DNA of 64,000 nt. Source: Terriglobia bacterium (lineage in GTDB: Bacteria > Acidobacteriota > Terriglobia > Terriglobales > Acidobacteriaceae). The notes under the pieces were generated by a model. That model ran no database searches and was not told the DNA's origin. It saw nothing but the letters and a program-made list of their open reading frames with translations. The translations under genes and the position numbers were made by a program. Below, piece after piece: positions 38,508-48,704 of this stretch. The first letter of the stretch is position 1. Each line of letters opens with the position of its first letter. Location of the stretch: positions 139,565 to 203,564 of the forward strand of contig CAVTDQ010000002.1 of assembly GCA_963733545.1 (NCBI GenBank), read 5' to 3'.

Positions 38508-39335
38508 ATGAACCTTCAATATTGGAAATTACTTTCTTCCGCTTCACTCCTGGCAATGAGCGTACAACTTTCAGCGCAACCGGCGGCGGCACCTCAGAAC
38601 GCGCAATCTCCAACAGCCACAGCACCCGCCGGGCCCAAACATGAAGACACAGAAGTCTGGGAGCCAGTGCCTGCAGTAGTGACGCCGGGGCCGAACAACA
38701 CTTCGCCTCCGTCTGACGCAATCGTTCTCTTTGACGGCAAGAATCTTGACCAGTGGGTATCAACCAAGGACAAATCGCCGGCGCAATGGCTTGTCGCCGA
38801 CGGCATACTGACCGTGAACAAGACCGCCGGCAACATCGAAACCAGGCGGGCTTTCCGCAACTATCAACTTCACATCGAATGGAAAATTCCTGAAAACATT
38901 ACTGGCAGCGATCAGGCTCGCGGCAACAGCGGTGTCTTTCTTGCGGCGACCGGGCCCGGTGACGGAGGATATGAATTGCAGATCCTCGATTCGTATAACA
39001 ACAAGACATACGTGAATGGCCAGGCGGGCAGCATCTACAAGCAGGGCATCCCACTGGTCAATCCGAATCGCAAGCCCGGCGAGTGGCAAACCTACGACGT
39101 GGTCTGGACCGCGCCGACATTCAACGCCGACGGTTCGCTAAAAACACCAGCCTATGTCACGGTGTTTTTTAACGGCGTTCTGGTGCAGAATCACTTCGAG
39201 TTAAAGGGCGAGACCTTGTATGTCGGCCAGCCGTCCTACAAGAAGTACGATAGCGCCCCCATCAAACTGCAGGCGCACGGCGACCATAGCGAGCCCATCA
39301 GTTTCCGTAACATTTGGGTGAGACCGCTAAATTAG
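38508..39335 (+). CDS. DUF1080 / 3-keto-disaccharide hydrolase family protein, secreted
   Basis: ATG at 38508 gives MNLQYWKLLSSASLLAMSVQLSAQ (signal). Blocks VLFDGKNLDQW and ISFRNIWVRPL. Confidence 0.85.
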   Translation: MNLQYWKLLSSASLLAMSVQLSAQPAAAPQNAQSPTATAPAGPKHEDTEVWEPVPAVVTPGPNNTSPPSDAIVLFDGKNLDQWVSTKDKSPAQWLVADGILTVNKTAGNIETRRAFRNYQLHIEWKIPENITGSDQARGNSGVFLAATGPGDGGYELQILDSYNNKTYVNGQAGSIYKQGIPLVNPNRKPGEWQTYDVVWTAPTFNADGSLKTPAYVTVFFNGVLVQNHFELKGETLYVGQPSYKKYDSAPIKLQAHGDHSEPISFRNIWVRPLN

Positions 39336-39792
39336 GATCAACAAATCGGGTTGCAGTATTGGTCGTCAGCGATCAAAAGCGAATGTTGCGGCGAGCAGCC
39401 GAGTGGAACCAAACTACTGCACAGCAATCCTGACCGCCGTGCTGTTTATTCCCAGGAAACTGGCGGAGGAGTTCGATGATGCGACCGCCGACGAGTGCCG
39501 CGATATGCACAACTTCGACGTCGATGCTTGCGTCGTCTGTGCTTGGCTTTGCCGTCGATAACGTCCAGATCCAGGGTTCGGCGGCAAGAAGGACGAGGAG
39601 TGCGGCAGCCTTTCGCTGCAGATGCTCGAGACATATCCGTAGCGACCGAGCTTGACGAAGTAGTGCGACTTCGACATGCATCGCCTCGCGGTCCCGAAGC
39701 CGAGCCGGGAGAAGTCACGTTTTGGAATCTGGAAAATGCATGGTTGTTGGCCCGGATGACGTCGCGTTAGCATTTCTCGAGTGAGAAGCGAA

Positions 39793-41196
39793 ATGGCCAT
39801 TTCCTCGAAAAGACCCTCAGGCACTCCGTTTAACGAAACAAGTGCCAGCATAACGCCTGCCCAAAATCTGGACGAAGGAACTTACTGGAAGGTTTTCGCT
39901 ATTCTTGTCGTGATCGGATTCTTAACTCGTCTCGCCTGTTTCACCGGCCTGATTGGTTCTGACGACTTGGGATATTCCCACTACGCGCAGTTGACCGCTC
40001 ACTTCAGCTACCGACCTGAACTTTCCCAGTTTGCTCTTCGATTTGGGGTGTTCGTTCCGGTTGCCATCGTTTACCGACTATTTGGGATCACCGAATGGAC
40101 CACTGTCGTGGTTCCGCTTCTGGCCTCGACCGCTTCTGTCGCAATGCTAATGCTTGTTGGCCGGAAACTGATGAGCTCGCGCGCGGCCTTGATAGCGGGC
40201 TTTCTGCTTGCAACATTTCCCGCTGATATTCGCTTCGCCACAATATTGGTGCCCGAACCGATCGCGGGGGCGTGGATTCTGGTCGCTGTTTTGACTTACT
40301 TATATTGGGGCGAAGGCGATCCGGTTCGTAGTGGGCTGGTTGCGGGTGTGTGCATCGGATTAGCCTATCTCTCGAAGGAACCTTCGCTCTTTGTGGGTCC
40401 CGCCCTCATGATCGATGCGCTGGTGCGCCGTCGATGGAGCATCTTTTCGGGCATCGCGGCCGGGATGTTGCTGGTGTTGGGAGCGGAACATATCTACTAT
40501 GTGGCGGCTGCGGGTGACTTTTTATTCCGCCCTCATGCGATGGCTGAGCATAACGGAAGCCACTACATGGCGAGCGTAAATCAACATCTATGGTGGCGCC
40601 TGTTCGTCGTATATCCAAAATTGATGCTTTTGCCCAACCGTTCTTTTGGGTTGCATTCATTATTTGCAATTGCGTTGACTATCATCGGATTCTTTGTCTT
40701 GAAGGCTGAACGCTTGAGACTTCCACTCCTATGGGCCTCAATTCCTTGGATTTATCTCAACTTCGGAACTTCCAGCCTGACCCGCTATTGGGCGCTCCCG
40801 GCCGACGACCGCTACATTTTGTTTGTCTACCCTCCCCTTTTCCTGCTATCCGCGGAAATCGTCGTCCGCATCATGGCATACCGGCCACACGTCACTCCCC
40901 TACTTAGAGTCGCATTGAGCGTAGTTGCAATCAGTGGGTTCTACGTCGGTTTTGTAAATCGCGCGCACGGTTGGCGTACCGAGGCTGTCAGAGAGTTACG
41001 TGATATTGCCCACCAGGCAGAAATCAGAAATATACACACCGTCGCCATGGCGCCGGACGATCCTGAACCGTGGTGGCCCGTCTTGGCCATTCTGGATCAA
41101 AACTTGCACGAATCAGACAATGGCGGGGCGGCGGACATTCTAATACGCCCAGATGCTTTTGATCTTCCCACCGTGGTTTCGGTCTCGCCGCCGTGA
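39793..41196 (+). CDS. GT-C fold membrane glycosyltransferase (family 39/83, ArnT/PMT-like)
   Basis: About 10-12 TM segments. The first-loop acidic motif is LIGSDDLGYSHYA. The overall PMT_2-like organisation has a C-terminal soluble part. Confidence 0.7.
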   Translation: MAISSKRPSGTPFNETSASITPAQNLDEGTYWKVFAILVVIGFLTRLACFTGLIGSDDLGYSHYAQLTAHFSYRPELSQFALRFGVFVPVAIVYRLFGITEWTTVVVPLLASTASVAMLMLVGRKLMSSRAALIAGFLLATFPADIRFATILVPEPIAGAWILVAVLTYLYWGEGDPVRSGLVAGVCIGLAYLSKEPSLFVGPALMIDALVRRRWSIFSGIAAGMLLVLGAEHIYYVAAAGDFLFRPHAMAEHNGSHYMASVNQHLWWRLFVVYPKLMLLPNRSFGLHSLFAIALTIIGFFVLKAERLRLPLLWASIPWIYLNFGTSSLTRYWALPADDRYILFVYPPLFLLSAEIVVRIMAYRPHVTPLLRVALSVVAISGFYVGFVNRAHGWRTEAVRELRDIAHQAEIRNIHTVAMAPDDPEPWWPVLAILDQNLHESDNGGAADILIRPDAFDLPTVVSVSPP

Positions 41197-41226
41197 AGGC
41201 CTTCCGATTTCCGTTTTGGCGACTGA

Positions 41227-42255
41227 TTAGAAGGGTGTGACTCGACAATTTCGTCCGGACGAGGCTGATCGCTCCGCAGCATCGATTACAAGACACGTAC
41301 GCAATCCATCTCGTAAGTCCGGCTGAATATCGCGGCAACCGCCGCCAATGCCGCTAACGAACGTTCCAAGAGCAGTCTGGTAAGAGGGGTCGCGCCGGCT
41401 GGCAACTGCATTTTTCAACCGCAAAGTTTCCTCTCCCAGCGTGTCCATGATTCGACGGATGTGCCGTCGTTGGCCGCCCGCAGCAACGCTTAGCGTTTTT
41501 GCGACATAGTCCACTGTAAGTCGGGCTTTGTCCCCATAAATCTCAAAGCGGTTTACATCGGTTCCATAGAGACAAAAGAAAGACTGCACCACCACACCGT
41601 CTTGCAGTGTCATGCGAATCCACGATGTGTCTTGTTCAGTATGTTTGGAAGCGACCTGAGCCGAGGCCTCCACGATGGACTGTCCTAATACAAAATGAGT
41701 CAAGTCAATATGGTGTGTAGCCAGGTCGAACAGGACCCCACCCGCGGTAGCGCGTTTCTGTTTCCATTCGTGAACCCAGCCTCCGCTCGAAGTGAAGACC
41801 GATTCCCCGCCCAGAATTGCTCCCAGCCTGCCGGAGCGTACCAGGTCGCGTGCCCGTATAAATAGAGGGTGCTGGCGATAGTTAAATCCCATCATGCCCA
41901 GTAAATTCGTTTCCTCCCAGGCTTTCACGACCGCCTGTGCTTCTGTCGGGCTCGCGGCAATCGGTTTTTCCAGATAAACATGTTTTCCATGGGCGAAGGC
42001 CTGGATGGCACATTCGGAATGATCGGCTGAAGGGGTACAGATCAGGACTCCTTGAACGGTTCTCTCTTCCAATAACTCCCGCCAGTCGGCGAAAACCGCG
42101 CTCGCGCCGCAACGCATAGCAACGTCGATCCGGTTTTTCTCGACTGGGTCTGCCACTGCTGAAACTACCGCTTCGCGGACGCCGCGAAGCGCTGGAAGAT
42201 GAACCTGGGAAACAACTTTACCGCAGCCGATGATTCCAAGCTTCACCGCTGTCAT
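41227..42255 (-). CDS. Gfo/Idh/MocA family oxidoreductase (paralog of 50684..51739)
   Basis: MTAVKLGIIGCGKVV and the YLEKPIA motif. ATGA start/stop overlap with the upstream GT2 gene. Confidence 0.85.
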   Translation of the reverse strand: MTAVKLGIIGCGKVVSQVHLPALRGVREAVVSAVADPVEKNRIDVAMRCGASAVFADWRELLEERTVQGVLICTPSADHSECAIQAFAHGKHVYLEKPIAASPTEAQAVVKAWEETNLLGMMGFNYRQHPLFIRARDLVRSGRLGAILGGESVFTSSGGWVHEWKQKRATAGGVLFDLATHHIDLTHFVLGQSIVEASAQVASKHTEQDTSWIRMTLQDGVVVQSFFCLYGTDVNRFEIYGDKARLTVDYVAKTLSVAAGGQRRHIRRIMDTLGEETLRLKNAVASRRDPSYQTALGTFVSGIGGGCRDIQPDLRDGLRTCLVIDAAERSASSGRNCRVTPF

Positions 42256-43196
42256 TCGTCGCACTCCTCTGATCGGCTCGGCTCAACCGCGGCGGGAATT
42301 GGTGACGCCGGAAGCTGTTCCCCGGCCCGCTTCCATGCCTCCCGCGTGAAACCCGCCGCAGAAGCCAACTGAGTACATATCAGCAAGCCGGCTAAAATCA
42401 GACGGTCCGTGAAACGCCAAGCGCGACAGCGCTGGAGAAGCCCGATATAAAATTTTCCATAAAAAGCGAACTTCCCCCAGCCCCGCTGCGCCCTAAGCCG
42501 GTGAAACTGAAATGCTCCTCGCCCGTAGTGAAAATGCTGGCGCATGAGCGCGGCAAAATCAAGATCGTGGGAGTGGTGGACAACAGCGCCCGGAACGTAG
42601 GTCATGCCGCGCCGGTCGTGGGTCCACCGATCACAAAATTCCCTGTCTTCCGATGTCTGGAAGTATTCACTAAACCCTCCGATTGCCTGAAAACTTTCGC
42701 TGGCTAAAGCAAAATTGTTGGTCGCAAAGAATCTGGGAAAATTGGCCCACTCTTCCTGAAGTGCGTAGACAACTTCGATAATGATTTGACTAGTTGCTGA
42801 ATACCGGTTATGCGGAAGCCCGTTAATCGTTCTACCTCCGTAAAGCAAATGCGGATCGTTCTCAAAACACCGCTCCAGACAAGTCAGCCAGTCTGTCGCA
42901 GGAGCGCAGTCATCATCGGTCATGGCGAGAAATCGTCCTTTGGCATTACGCGCACCAGTGTTGCGCGCGGAAGAGGGTCCTGCCCGCTCTTGTCGCAAAA
43001 CGGTCAGCGACAATTTTTGGCCAAAAATATTTTGTATTCCTTCCAAAGACGTAGTGCCTCCGTCGTCCACGATTACGATTTCGAAGCGACTTACGGGATA
43101 ATCAAGGTTAGCCAAAGCTTCGATACAACGCGCCAGTTGGGATGGGCGGTTATGGGTGGGTACGATAACTGTAAAAATCGGGGCTGCCTCAGTCAT
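42252..43196 (-). CDS. Glycosyltransferase family 2
   Basis: FTVIVPTHNRPSQLARCIEAL...EIVIVDDGG...MTDDDC contains the GT-A DxD motif. Confidence 0.9.
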   Translation of the reverse strand: MTEAAPIFTVIVPTHNRPSQLARCIEALANLDYPVSRFEIVIVDDGGTTSLEGIQNIFGQKLSLTVLRQERAGPSSARNTGARNAKGRFLAMTDDDCAPATDWLTCLERCFENDPHLLYGGRTINGLPHNRYSATSQIIIEVVYALQEEWANFPRFFATNNFALASESFQAIGGFSEYFQTSEDREFCDRWTHDRRGMTYVPGAVVHHSHDLDFAALMRQHFHYGRGAFQFHRLRAQRGWGKFAFYGKFYIGLLQRCRAWRFTDRLILAGLLICTQLASAAGFTREAWKRAGEQLPASPIPAAVEPSRSEECDE

Positions 43197-44253
43197 ACGG
43201 GGCGTCGATCTTCAAACGACGGTCACCTTTCCGTAAGTGCCGTTCTCTATCGAATTCGAAGTAGCACGACATCTTCGAGGCCTTCCCCTCCCCCAACGCA
43301 TACCCCGCCATTTGCCCCAGACCGTCAAGTACCAGACCGAAACATAAACTTGGCAGCAGAAATGGAAATAAGGGAGGCTTTGACGCCATGTGGCTATGCT
43401 GCTGCAATATGCGTTTAAGGCGTACCAGAGGGATCAACGGACCAGCCAGCGTAAACACAACTTGACGAATAGAACTCCAATGCTGGTTGCGGGCGCGGGA
43501 CGCGCCAAACATTTGCCCGGCGTAGAACTGGGCGCGAGCCCAGGAAAGCAGGCGACTGAAGTTCACATGTGAGGTCTTGGCCCGAGTTTCCAGATACAGC
43601 TTGTGCCCTTCCCCGCGCAGTCGCCAATGCAGCACACTTTCCGCTTCAAGCATTGCGTCCAATGAATCGCCCAGCTTCAAGAGAAGATCTCGCTTGTAAG
43701 AGCTGTTGTGTCCGGGCAGATGTTCCACCTCGCCCGCTCCTGTTGTTCCGCTCCACGTGCCGTAAGCGATCAAAAAGTCAGCAGTAGCAACGCTGCCGTC
43801 CGGATTGGCGTTGCAAATTTGCGGACCGACCGCTGCCCAGGGTTTTAAATGGGCTGAGACAAGCATTTCGGCCCAATCGGTATGTGGAAACGAATGATCT
43901 TCGCCCAGGGCAACAATCGGGGCGGTGGCCGCACGGATTCCGTGAGCGTAAGCCGAACCTACCGAACTGATCTGCCCCGCGCTTACCGTTTTCAATCCCG
44001 CGAAACCATCGAATTCGCACTGCTCCAGACTGAGCATCTCCGCCCGGGGGGCGACGATGACAATTTCCAGACGGCTGGCAATGGTCTGTTTCCTGAGGCA
44101 GCGTAAGGTCCGCAAAAGCGATTGGCCTTGCTCGGGGGTGACCAGGATCACTGAGAGATCGGGAATACTCGAAGACTTCATGTCCGATTCGAGCTTTCGC
44201 GACGGTGAATTTGGGATCAACACCAGTAAGACTTTCATTCTCGCACGGGGCAT
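43189..44253 (-). CDS. GT-A-like (GT2-related) protein with EDH in place of DxD; paralog of 49683..50687. The start is uncertain (44253, 44238 or 44181).
   Basis: LSVILVTPEQGQSLLRTLRCLRKQT...EIVIVAP...ALGEDHSFPHTDW aligns by eye with GT2 N-terminal blocks. It overlaps the downstream GT2 start by 8 nt. Confidence 0.65.
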   Translation of the reverse strand: MPRARMKVLLVLIPNSPSRKLESDMKSSSIPDLSVILVTPEQGQSLLRTLRCLRKQTIASRLEIVIVAPRAEMLSLEQCEFDGFAGLKTVSAGQISSVGSAYAHGIRAATAPIVALGEDHSFPHTDWAEMLVSAHLKPWAAVGPQICNANPDGSVATADFLIAYGTWSGTTGAGEVEHLPGHNSSYKRDLLLKLGDSLDAMLEAESVLHWRLRGEGHKLYLETRAKTSHVNFSRLLSWARAQFYAGQMFGASRARNQHWSSIRQVVFTLAGPLIPLVRLKRILQQHSHMASKPPLFPFLLPSLCFGLVLDGLGQMAGYALGEGKASKMSCYFEFDRERHLRKGDRRLKIDAPYD

Positions 44254-44416
44254 TTGTCTAGCGGCACAACTTTTGACACGGATTTTATCTACGCAACTTT
44301 TTGCACCGTCTGAGTACTTTAATTCCCACTGCGGCCGGGCTTGTAGCCCGATCTACTTATTCTCACCATTCCCGGCCATAGTTGTCTAAAATAGCCACCA
44401 ATCGGCGGTTTCGCGC

Positions 44417-47062
44417 TTGGGAGCTCTCTTGAAAACTTCGCTCAGCCTTAGTGTCGTGGTACCGACCTACAACAGCGGGCGGGCGTTGTCGGTGTGCCTC
44501 GATGCGCTTCAAGCTTCAAAATTTAAGGATTTTGAAATTCTGGTGGTCGATGACTGCTCCAGCGACACCACCGAAGAGGTCGTCCGCTCACGCGGTGTGA
44601 CCTATTTGCGTACCCATCGCCAGCTTGGACCGGCGGGTGCGCGCAATCTGGGAGCACGAGAGGCGCAAGGACAGGTGTTGGTATTTATCGATGCAGATGT
44701 AGAGGTTACACCCGACACGCTGCTCTTCATTGCGAATGACTTCGAGAATGACCCGGACCTCGCCGCAGCATTTGGCTCCTATGATCGAGCCCCCGCCGAT
44801 ACTGGCTTCTTCTCTCAATACAAGAATCTTGTTCATCACTACATCCATCAGAATTCGAACCAGGATGCCGGGACGTTCTGGGCCGGATGCGGCGCCATCA
44901 GAACCGAGGTCTTTCGACGCTTTGGCTTTGATGCGGACCTGTACGCGCGCCCCAGTATCGAGGATATTGAACTCGGCATGAGGCTTCGCCGCAACCAACA
45001 GAAAATTCTCTTGGACAAAAATATTCAGGTAAAGCACCTGAAACGTTGGACCTTTGCCGGAATGCTAAAGTCCGATATCTGGGATCGGGCTATTCCGTGG
45101 TCAAAACTGATTCTGGAAAGTGGGGAGATGCCGAGTGACCTGAATCTGACTCCCAAGTCGCGTCTGAGCGCCGCGGCCGCCATGCTTCTTGCAGCTTTCA
45201 TCCTTCTCTTATTGGGATCTGTATCCACTGGTGGATTGGCGCTTCGGCTTGCATCGCTAGGTATGCTCGGCAGCATCGTGTCCCTTATTTTTCTCAATCA
45301 CGCACTGTATCGATTCTTTCAAAAACAGCGGGGAATAACCTTCATGGTTGCGGCCATGCCTATCCACTGGTTGTATTACCTTTACAGTGGGACGGTTTGG
45401 ATTTTCTGTCGTGTTTCGCACTGGTTCGGAAAAGCTTTCCTCCCAAGTCGGGTCCTACAGAAGAATCAGCTAAATGAAAGAGCCCCTTTAGCAGATTCAT
45501 CGGATAGGCAAAGTGATGGGCTGAGGTTCGAGTCCCCGGTTCTTTCTAATGACACGGACCATTCAGGCGAGACCGAGTCTTCCGACGAAAATGTCGTGAT
45601 TATAGGCGCAGGTCCCGCCGGACTGACGGCCGCCTACGAACTCTCCAAACACGGCAGGCCGGCGGTCGTACTCGAGAGCGATAATATGGTCGGAGGAATT
45701 GCTCGTACCGTAGATTACAAGGGTTATCTGTTCGACATTGGGGGACACCGCTTCTTCAGTAAATGGGCAGAGGTAAATCAACTCTGGCGAGAAATTCTTG
45801 GCGACAAATTTCTCGAACGCCAACGCACCTCCCGCATTCTCTACCGCAACCGTTTCTTTCTTTACCCCTTAAAGCTGGGTGATGTATTGCGAGGCATGGG
45901 CTTCGTCGAGAGCCTGCGGATCGTTCGCAGCTACATCTACGCTTTTCTGTTTCCCTTTCGCAAGGAAGAGACTCTGGAGCACTGGGTCTGCAACCGTTTT
46001 GGCGCACGCCTCTACCGGGCCTTTTTCAAAACTTATACCGAGAAAGTCTGGGGTGTGCCCTGCAACGAAATCCATGCGGACTGGGCCGCGCAGAGAATCA
46101 AGGGATTGTCTTTCTTATCGGCAATTAAAGGCGCGATCTTCCACACTCGAAAAAGCAAGGTCAAGAGTCTGATCTCAAGTTTTCACTATCCTGAGCGCGG
46201 ACCTGGACAGATGTGGCAGACAATGGCGGACCGCTTGCTAGAGCGTGGCCAATCGATCTTGCTGGAGCATCGTGTTGTTCGTCTCTGTCATGAAGCTGGA
46301 CGAATCACTACCGTCGTCACGCGTTCATCTTCTGGAGAACAAAATTTCTCCGGTGCAAATTTCATCAGCTCCATGCCGATTCGCAGTCTGGTGCGAGCCC
46401 TTCACCCCGCGGCACCCGTGGAGGTGCAAAAAGCCGCGGAGTCGTTGCGATACCGCGATTTCCTTACCGTCGTTCTCATCGTCAACCGCAAGGACGCCAT
46501 ACCGGACAACTGGATCTATATTCACGATCCCTCGGTAAAAGTGGGCCGCATTCAGAATTTCAAAAACTGGTCCCCCGCCATGGTTCCCGACCCCGATAAG
46601 ACCAGTCTGGGACTTGAATATTTTGTCTTTGAGAATGATCAGCTATGGAGCCTCTCGGACGCGGCGCTCATCGATTTGGCGACTCGAGAAGTTGTACAAC
46701 TGGGACTGGTGCGTTCGGATGAGATCGAGGATGGAACCGTTGTCCGCATGCCCAAGGCTTACCCGATGTATGACAACGGCTGGGCCAAGAATGTGGATTG
46801 CATTCGGAACTACTTGCAGTCTAGCTTTCCCAATCTCCAGCTGGTTGGGCGAAACGGAATGCACAAATACAACAACCAGGATCACTCGATGATGACTGCG
46901 CTTCTGGCGGCGCGCAACATCCTGGGCGCCAAATACGACCTGTGGGCGGTGAATACCGAGCCCGAGTACCACGAAGAACAACCCGAAGCGACTCGTGCTT
47001 ACACAGAGTTGAAACGGCCTGCGTATGCAGAACCCCCGCAGATCAAACGCCGAGTGGCGTAA
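44417..47062 (+). CDS. Fusion protein: N-terminal GT2 glycosyltransferase with TM segments, plus a C-terminal FAD/NAD(P)-binding oxidoreductase (UDP-galactopyranose mutase / amine-oxidase-like fold)
   Basis: The GT2 part is LSVVVPTYNSGRAL...LVVDDCSSD...FIDADV followed by TM helices. From about codon 395 the sequence is VVIIGAGPAGLTAAYELSKHGRPAVVLESDNMVGGIARTV (GxGxxG...E...GG dinucleotide fold). The frame is continuous across 881 codons. Confidence 0.85.
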   Translation: MGALLKTSLSLSVVVPTYNSGRALSVCLDALQASKFKDFEILVVDDCSSDTTEEVVRSRGVTYLRTHRQLGPAGARNLGAREAQGQVLVFIDADVEVTPDTLLFIANDFENDPDLAAAFGSYDRAPADTGFFSQYKNLVHHYIHQNSNQDAGTFWAGCGAIRTEVFRRFGFDADLYARPSIEDIELGMRLRRNQQKILLDKNIQVKHLKRWTFAGMLKSDIWDRAIPWSKLILESGEMPSDLNLTPKSRLSAAAAMLLAAFILLLLGSVSTGGLALRLASLGMLGSIVSLIFLNHALYRFFQKQRGITFMVAAMPIHWLYYLYSGTVWIFCRVSHWFGKAFLPSRVLQKNQLNERAPLADSSDRQSDGLRFESPVLSNDTDHSGETESSDENVVIIGAGPAGLTAAYELSKHGRPAVVLESDNMVGGIARTVDYKGYLFDIGGHRFFSKWAEVNQLWREILGDKFLERQRTSRILYRNRFFLYPLKLGDVLRGMGFVESLRIVRSYIYAFLFPFRKEETLEHWVCNRFGARLYRAFFKTYTEKVWGVPCNEIHADWAAQRIKGLSFLSAIKGAIFHTRKSKVKSLISSFHYPERGPGQMWQTMADRLLERGQSILLEHRVVRLCHEAGRITTVVTRSSSGEQNFSGANFISSMPIRSLVRALHPAAPVEVQKAAESLRYRDFLTVVLIVNRKDAIPDNWIYIHDPSVKVGRIQNFKNWSPAMVPDPDKTSLGLEYFVFENDQLWSLSDAALIDLATREVVQLGLVRSDEIEDGTVVRMPKAYPMYDNGWAKNVDCIRNYLQSSFPNLQLVGRNGMHKYNNQDHSMMTALLAARNILGAKYDLWAVNTEPEYHEEQPEATRAYTELKRPAYAEPPQIKRRVA

Positions 47063-48602
47063 GCGCGGGGCCCTCTGTGGAGAATTCTTGGGTACTAAGG
47101 CGAGTGAAACTTTTCCCTTCCCGTCCCATCTGGACCCTGAACAAGCGCGTGCCGGAAGGGCGGCGCGCCGCCACATTCTGGGCGGAAGCATCCGTATTCT
47201 GCTGTCTGAAGGTCTAATTCTTCCGACCGGCCTGATTACAGCATCCGTCCTCACCCGTTACCTTGGGCCCGCCAAGTACGGCCTCTTCACTTTGACCTCG
47301 GTGGTTGTCCTCTGGGTGGAATTCTGCGTTACCTCCTTCTTCGCACGAACAACGATCAAACTTATTGGTGATACCGAGGACTGGCGTCCATGGAGCGGCA
47401 GCATCGTAAGAATTCATTTGATCACTGGGACCGCCGCTGCCCTGCTGCTTTGGCTGTTGAGTCCGAAAGTGGCTCAACTGATGAACGAACCCGCTTTGGC
47501 TCATTACATGCGCCTGCTGTCGGTGGATATCCCTCTGTTCAGTGTCGCCACCGCGCAACGAAATATTCTGATCGGAATGCGAAGATATCAACAGCGGGCA
47601 ATAACCAGCGCCTTCCGATTGATGATGCGACTGATATTGATGGTCGCTCTCGTTGCCTATGGGTTTTCTGTTGAGGGTGCGATTTGGGCAACCATCGGCG
47701 CTTCGATCTTTGATCTGGCTGTAGGTCGTTTCTATGCCCGGACTCCGTTGTGGGGATCTTTTCCCGTACCTACGCGGAAGATATGGCAATATGCCCTTCC
47801 GCTTTTTCTGGCCGGCGTCGGCCTCACAATCTTCGAAAAGCTCGACCTCTTCATGTTGAAGGTGCTGGGAACCACTGCGGCTGTTGCAGGAATGTATGGA
47901 GCGGCGCAAAATCTCACAATCATCCCGGGATTAGTCGGGACCGCGTTCGCCCCAGTTCTGCTTGCTGCGCTTACCCATGCGGTTCGCGGATCCGAATTCT
48001 CCCTGGCACGCGATCTGACCCGCGATTCCATCCGCCTGGTTCTGTGCGTATTGCCGTTCGCAGCCATGGTGGCGGGAGCAGCCCCTGCTATCGTGGTTCT
48101 GGTAGTAGGGCGCGCGTTTGTCCCTACCGCAAGTTTCTTGTCGCTTCTCATATTTGCGGGCTTCGCACGCCTGCTGATTGCGATAACCTCGGCCACTTTG
48201 ATCGCCGCCGACAAGCCCAACTGGGTGCTGGCGCTGACCGGATCGCTGGCTCCGGTTGCATTGGCGGCACACTTCGTCGTGATCCCGCGATGGGGAGCGC
48301 AAGGTGCTTCCTGGGTGACGAGCGTGCTTTCACTGCTCTCTGCGGGCGCCTGCGCCGCCACGGCATACGCGGTCTGGAAGATTGTACCCGTCTGGATGAC
48401 ATTGTTCAGAAGCGCCGTGATTTCAGTGCTGGCTTATTGGCTTGCGATTGCGTGGCCCGCCACCGGCCTCTCCCTTTTGATCAAGATGGCCGTGATCGGC
48501 GCCTTCATCGTCCTTGCGTTCCTGGGTGCCGGTGAATTCGGAAACGGCGGAGTTGCAAAGGTTTGCACTCTGGCTCGGGCAAGCTGGTCGAATCGGCGGT
48601 AA
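47025..48602 (+). CDS. Polysaccharide flippase (Wzx-like, MOP superfamily). An alternative start is TTG 47088.
   Basis: About 12-14 TM segments. The N-terminal ILGGSIRILLSEGLILPTGLITASVLTRYLGPAKYGLF is typical of oligosaccharide flippases. Confidence 0.8.
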   Translation: MQNPRRSNAEWRKRGALCGEFLGTKASETFPFPSHLDPEQARAGRAARRHILGGSIRILLSEGLILPTGLITASVLTRYLGPAKYGLFTLTSVVVLWVEFCVTSFFARTTIKLIGDTEDWRPWSGSIVRIHLITGTAAALLLWLLSPKVAQLMNEPALAHYMRLLSVDIPLFSVATAQRNILIGMRRYQQRAITSAFRLMMRLILMVALVAYGFSVEGAIWATIGASIFDLAVGRFYARTPLWGSFPVPTRKIWQYALPLFLAGVGLTIFEKLDLFMLKVLGTTAAVAGMYGAAQNLTIIPGLVGTAFAPVLLAALTHAVRGSEFSLARDLTRDSIRLVLCVLPFAAMVAGAAPAIVVLVVGRAFVPTASFLSLLIFAGFARLLIAITSATLIAADKPNWVLALTGSLAPVALAAHFVVIPRWGAQGASWVTSVLSLLSAGACAATAYAVWKIVPVWMTLFRSAVISVLAYWLAIAWPATGLSLLIKMAVIGAFIVLAFLGAGEFGNGGVAKVCTLARASWSNRR

Positions 48603-48704
48603 AATCCGTGTCTCATAAATTTCACAGAAGCCTTGACCGGAGCCCGATTGCACGGCATTTTGTCCCTTTTAACAAGCCTTGCCTTGTGAGATGATTCCGC
48701 CGCC

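Noticed and set aside
39336-39792. A 457-nt gap at the left edge of the polysaccharide locus, with several overlapping 80-145-aa ORFs on both strands (39373..39681, 39414..39851, 39446..39718, 39495..39770)
   Set aside because: None has a recognisable motif, SD or plausible composition. I also found no tRNA-end repeat (att site) here. I left it as unannotated intergenic or degraded sequence.
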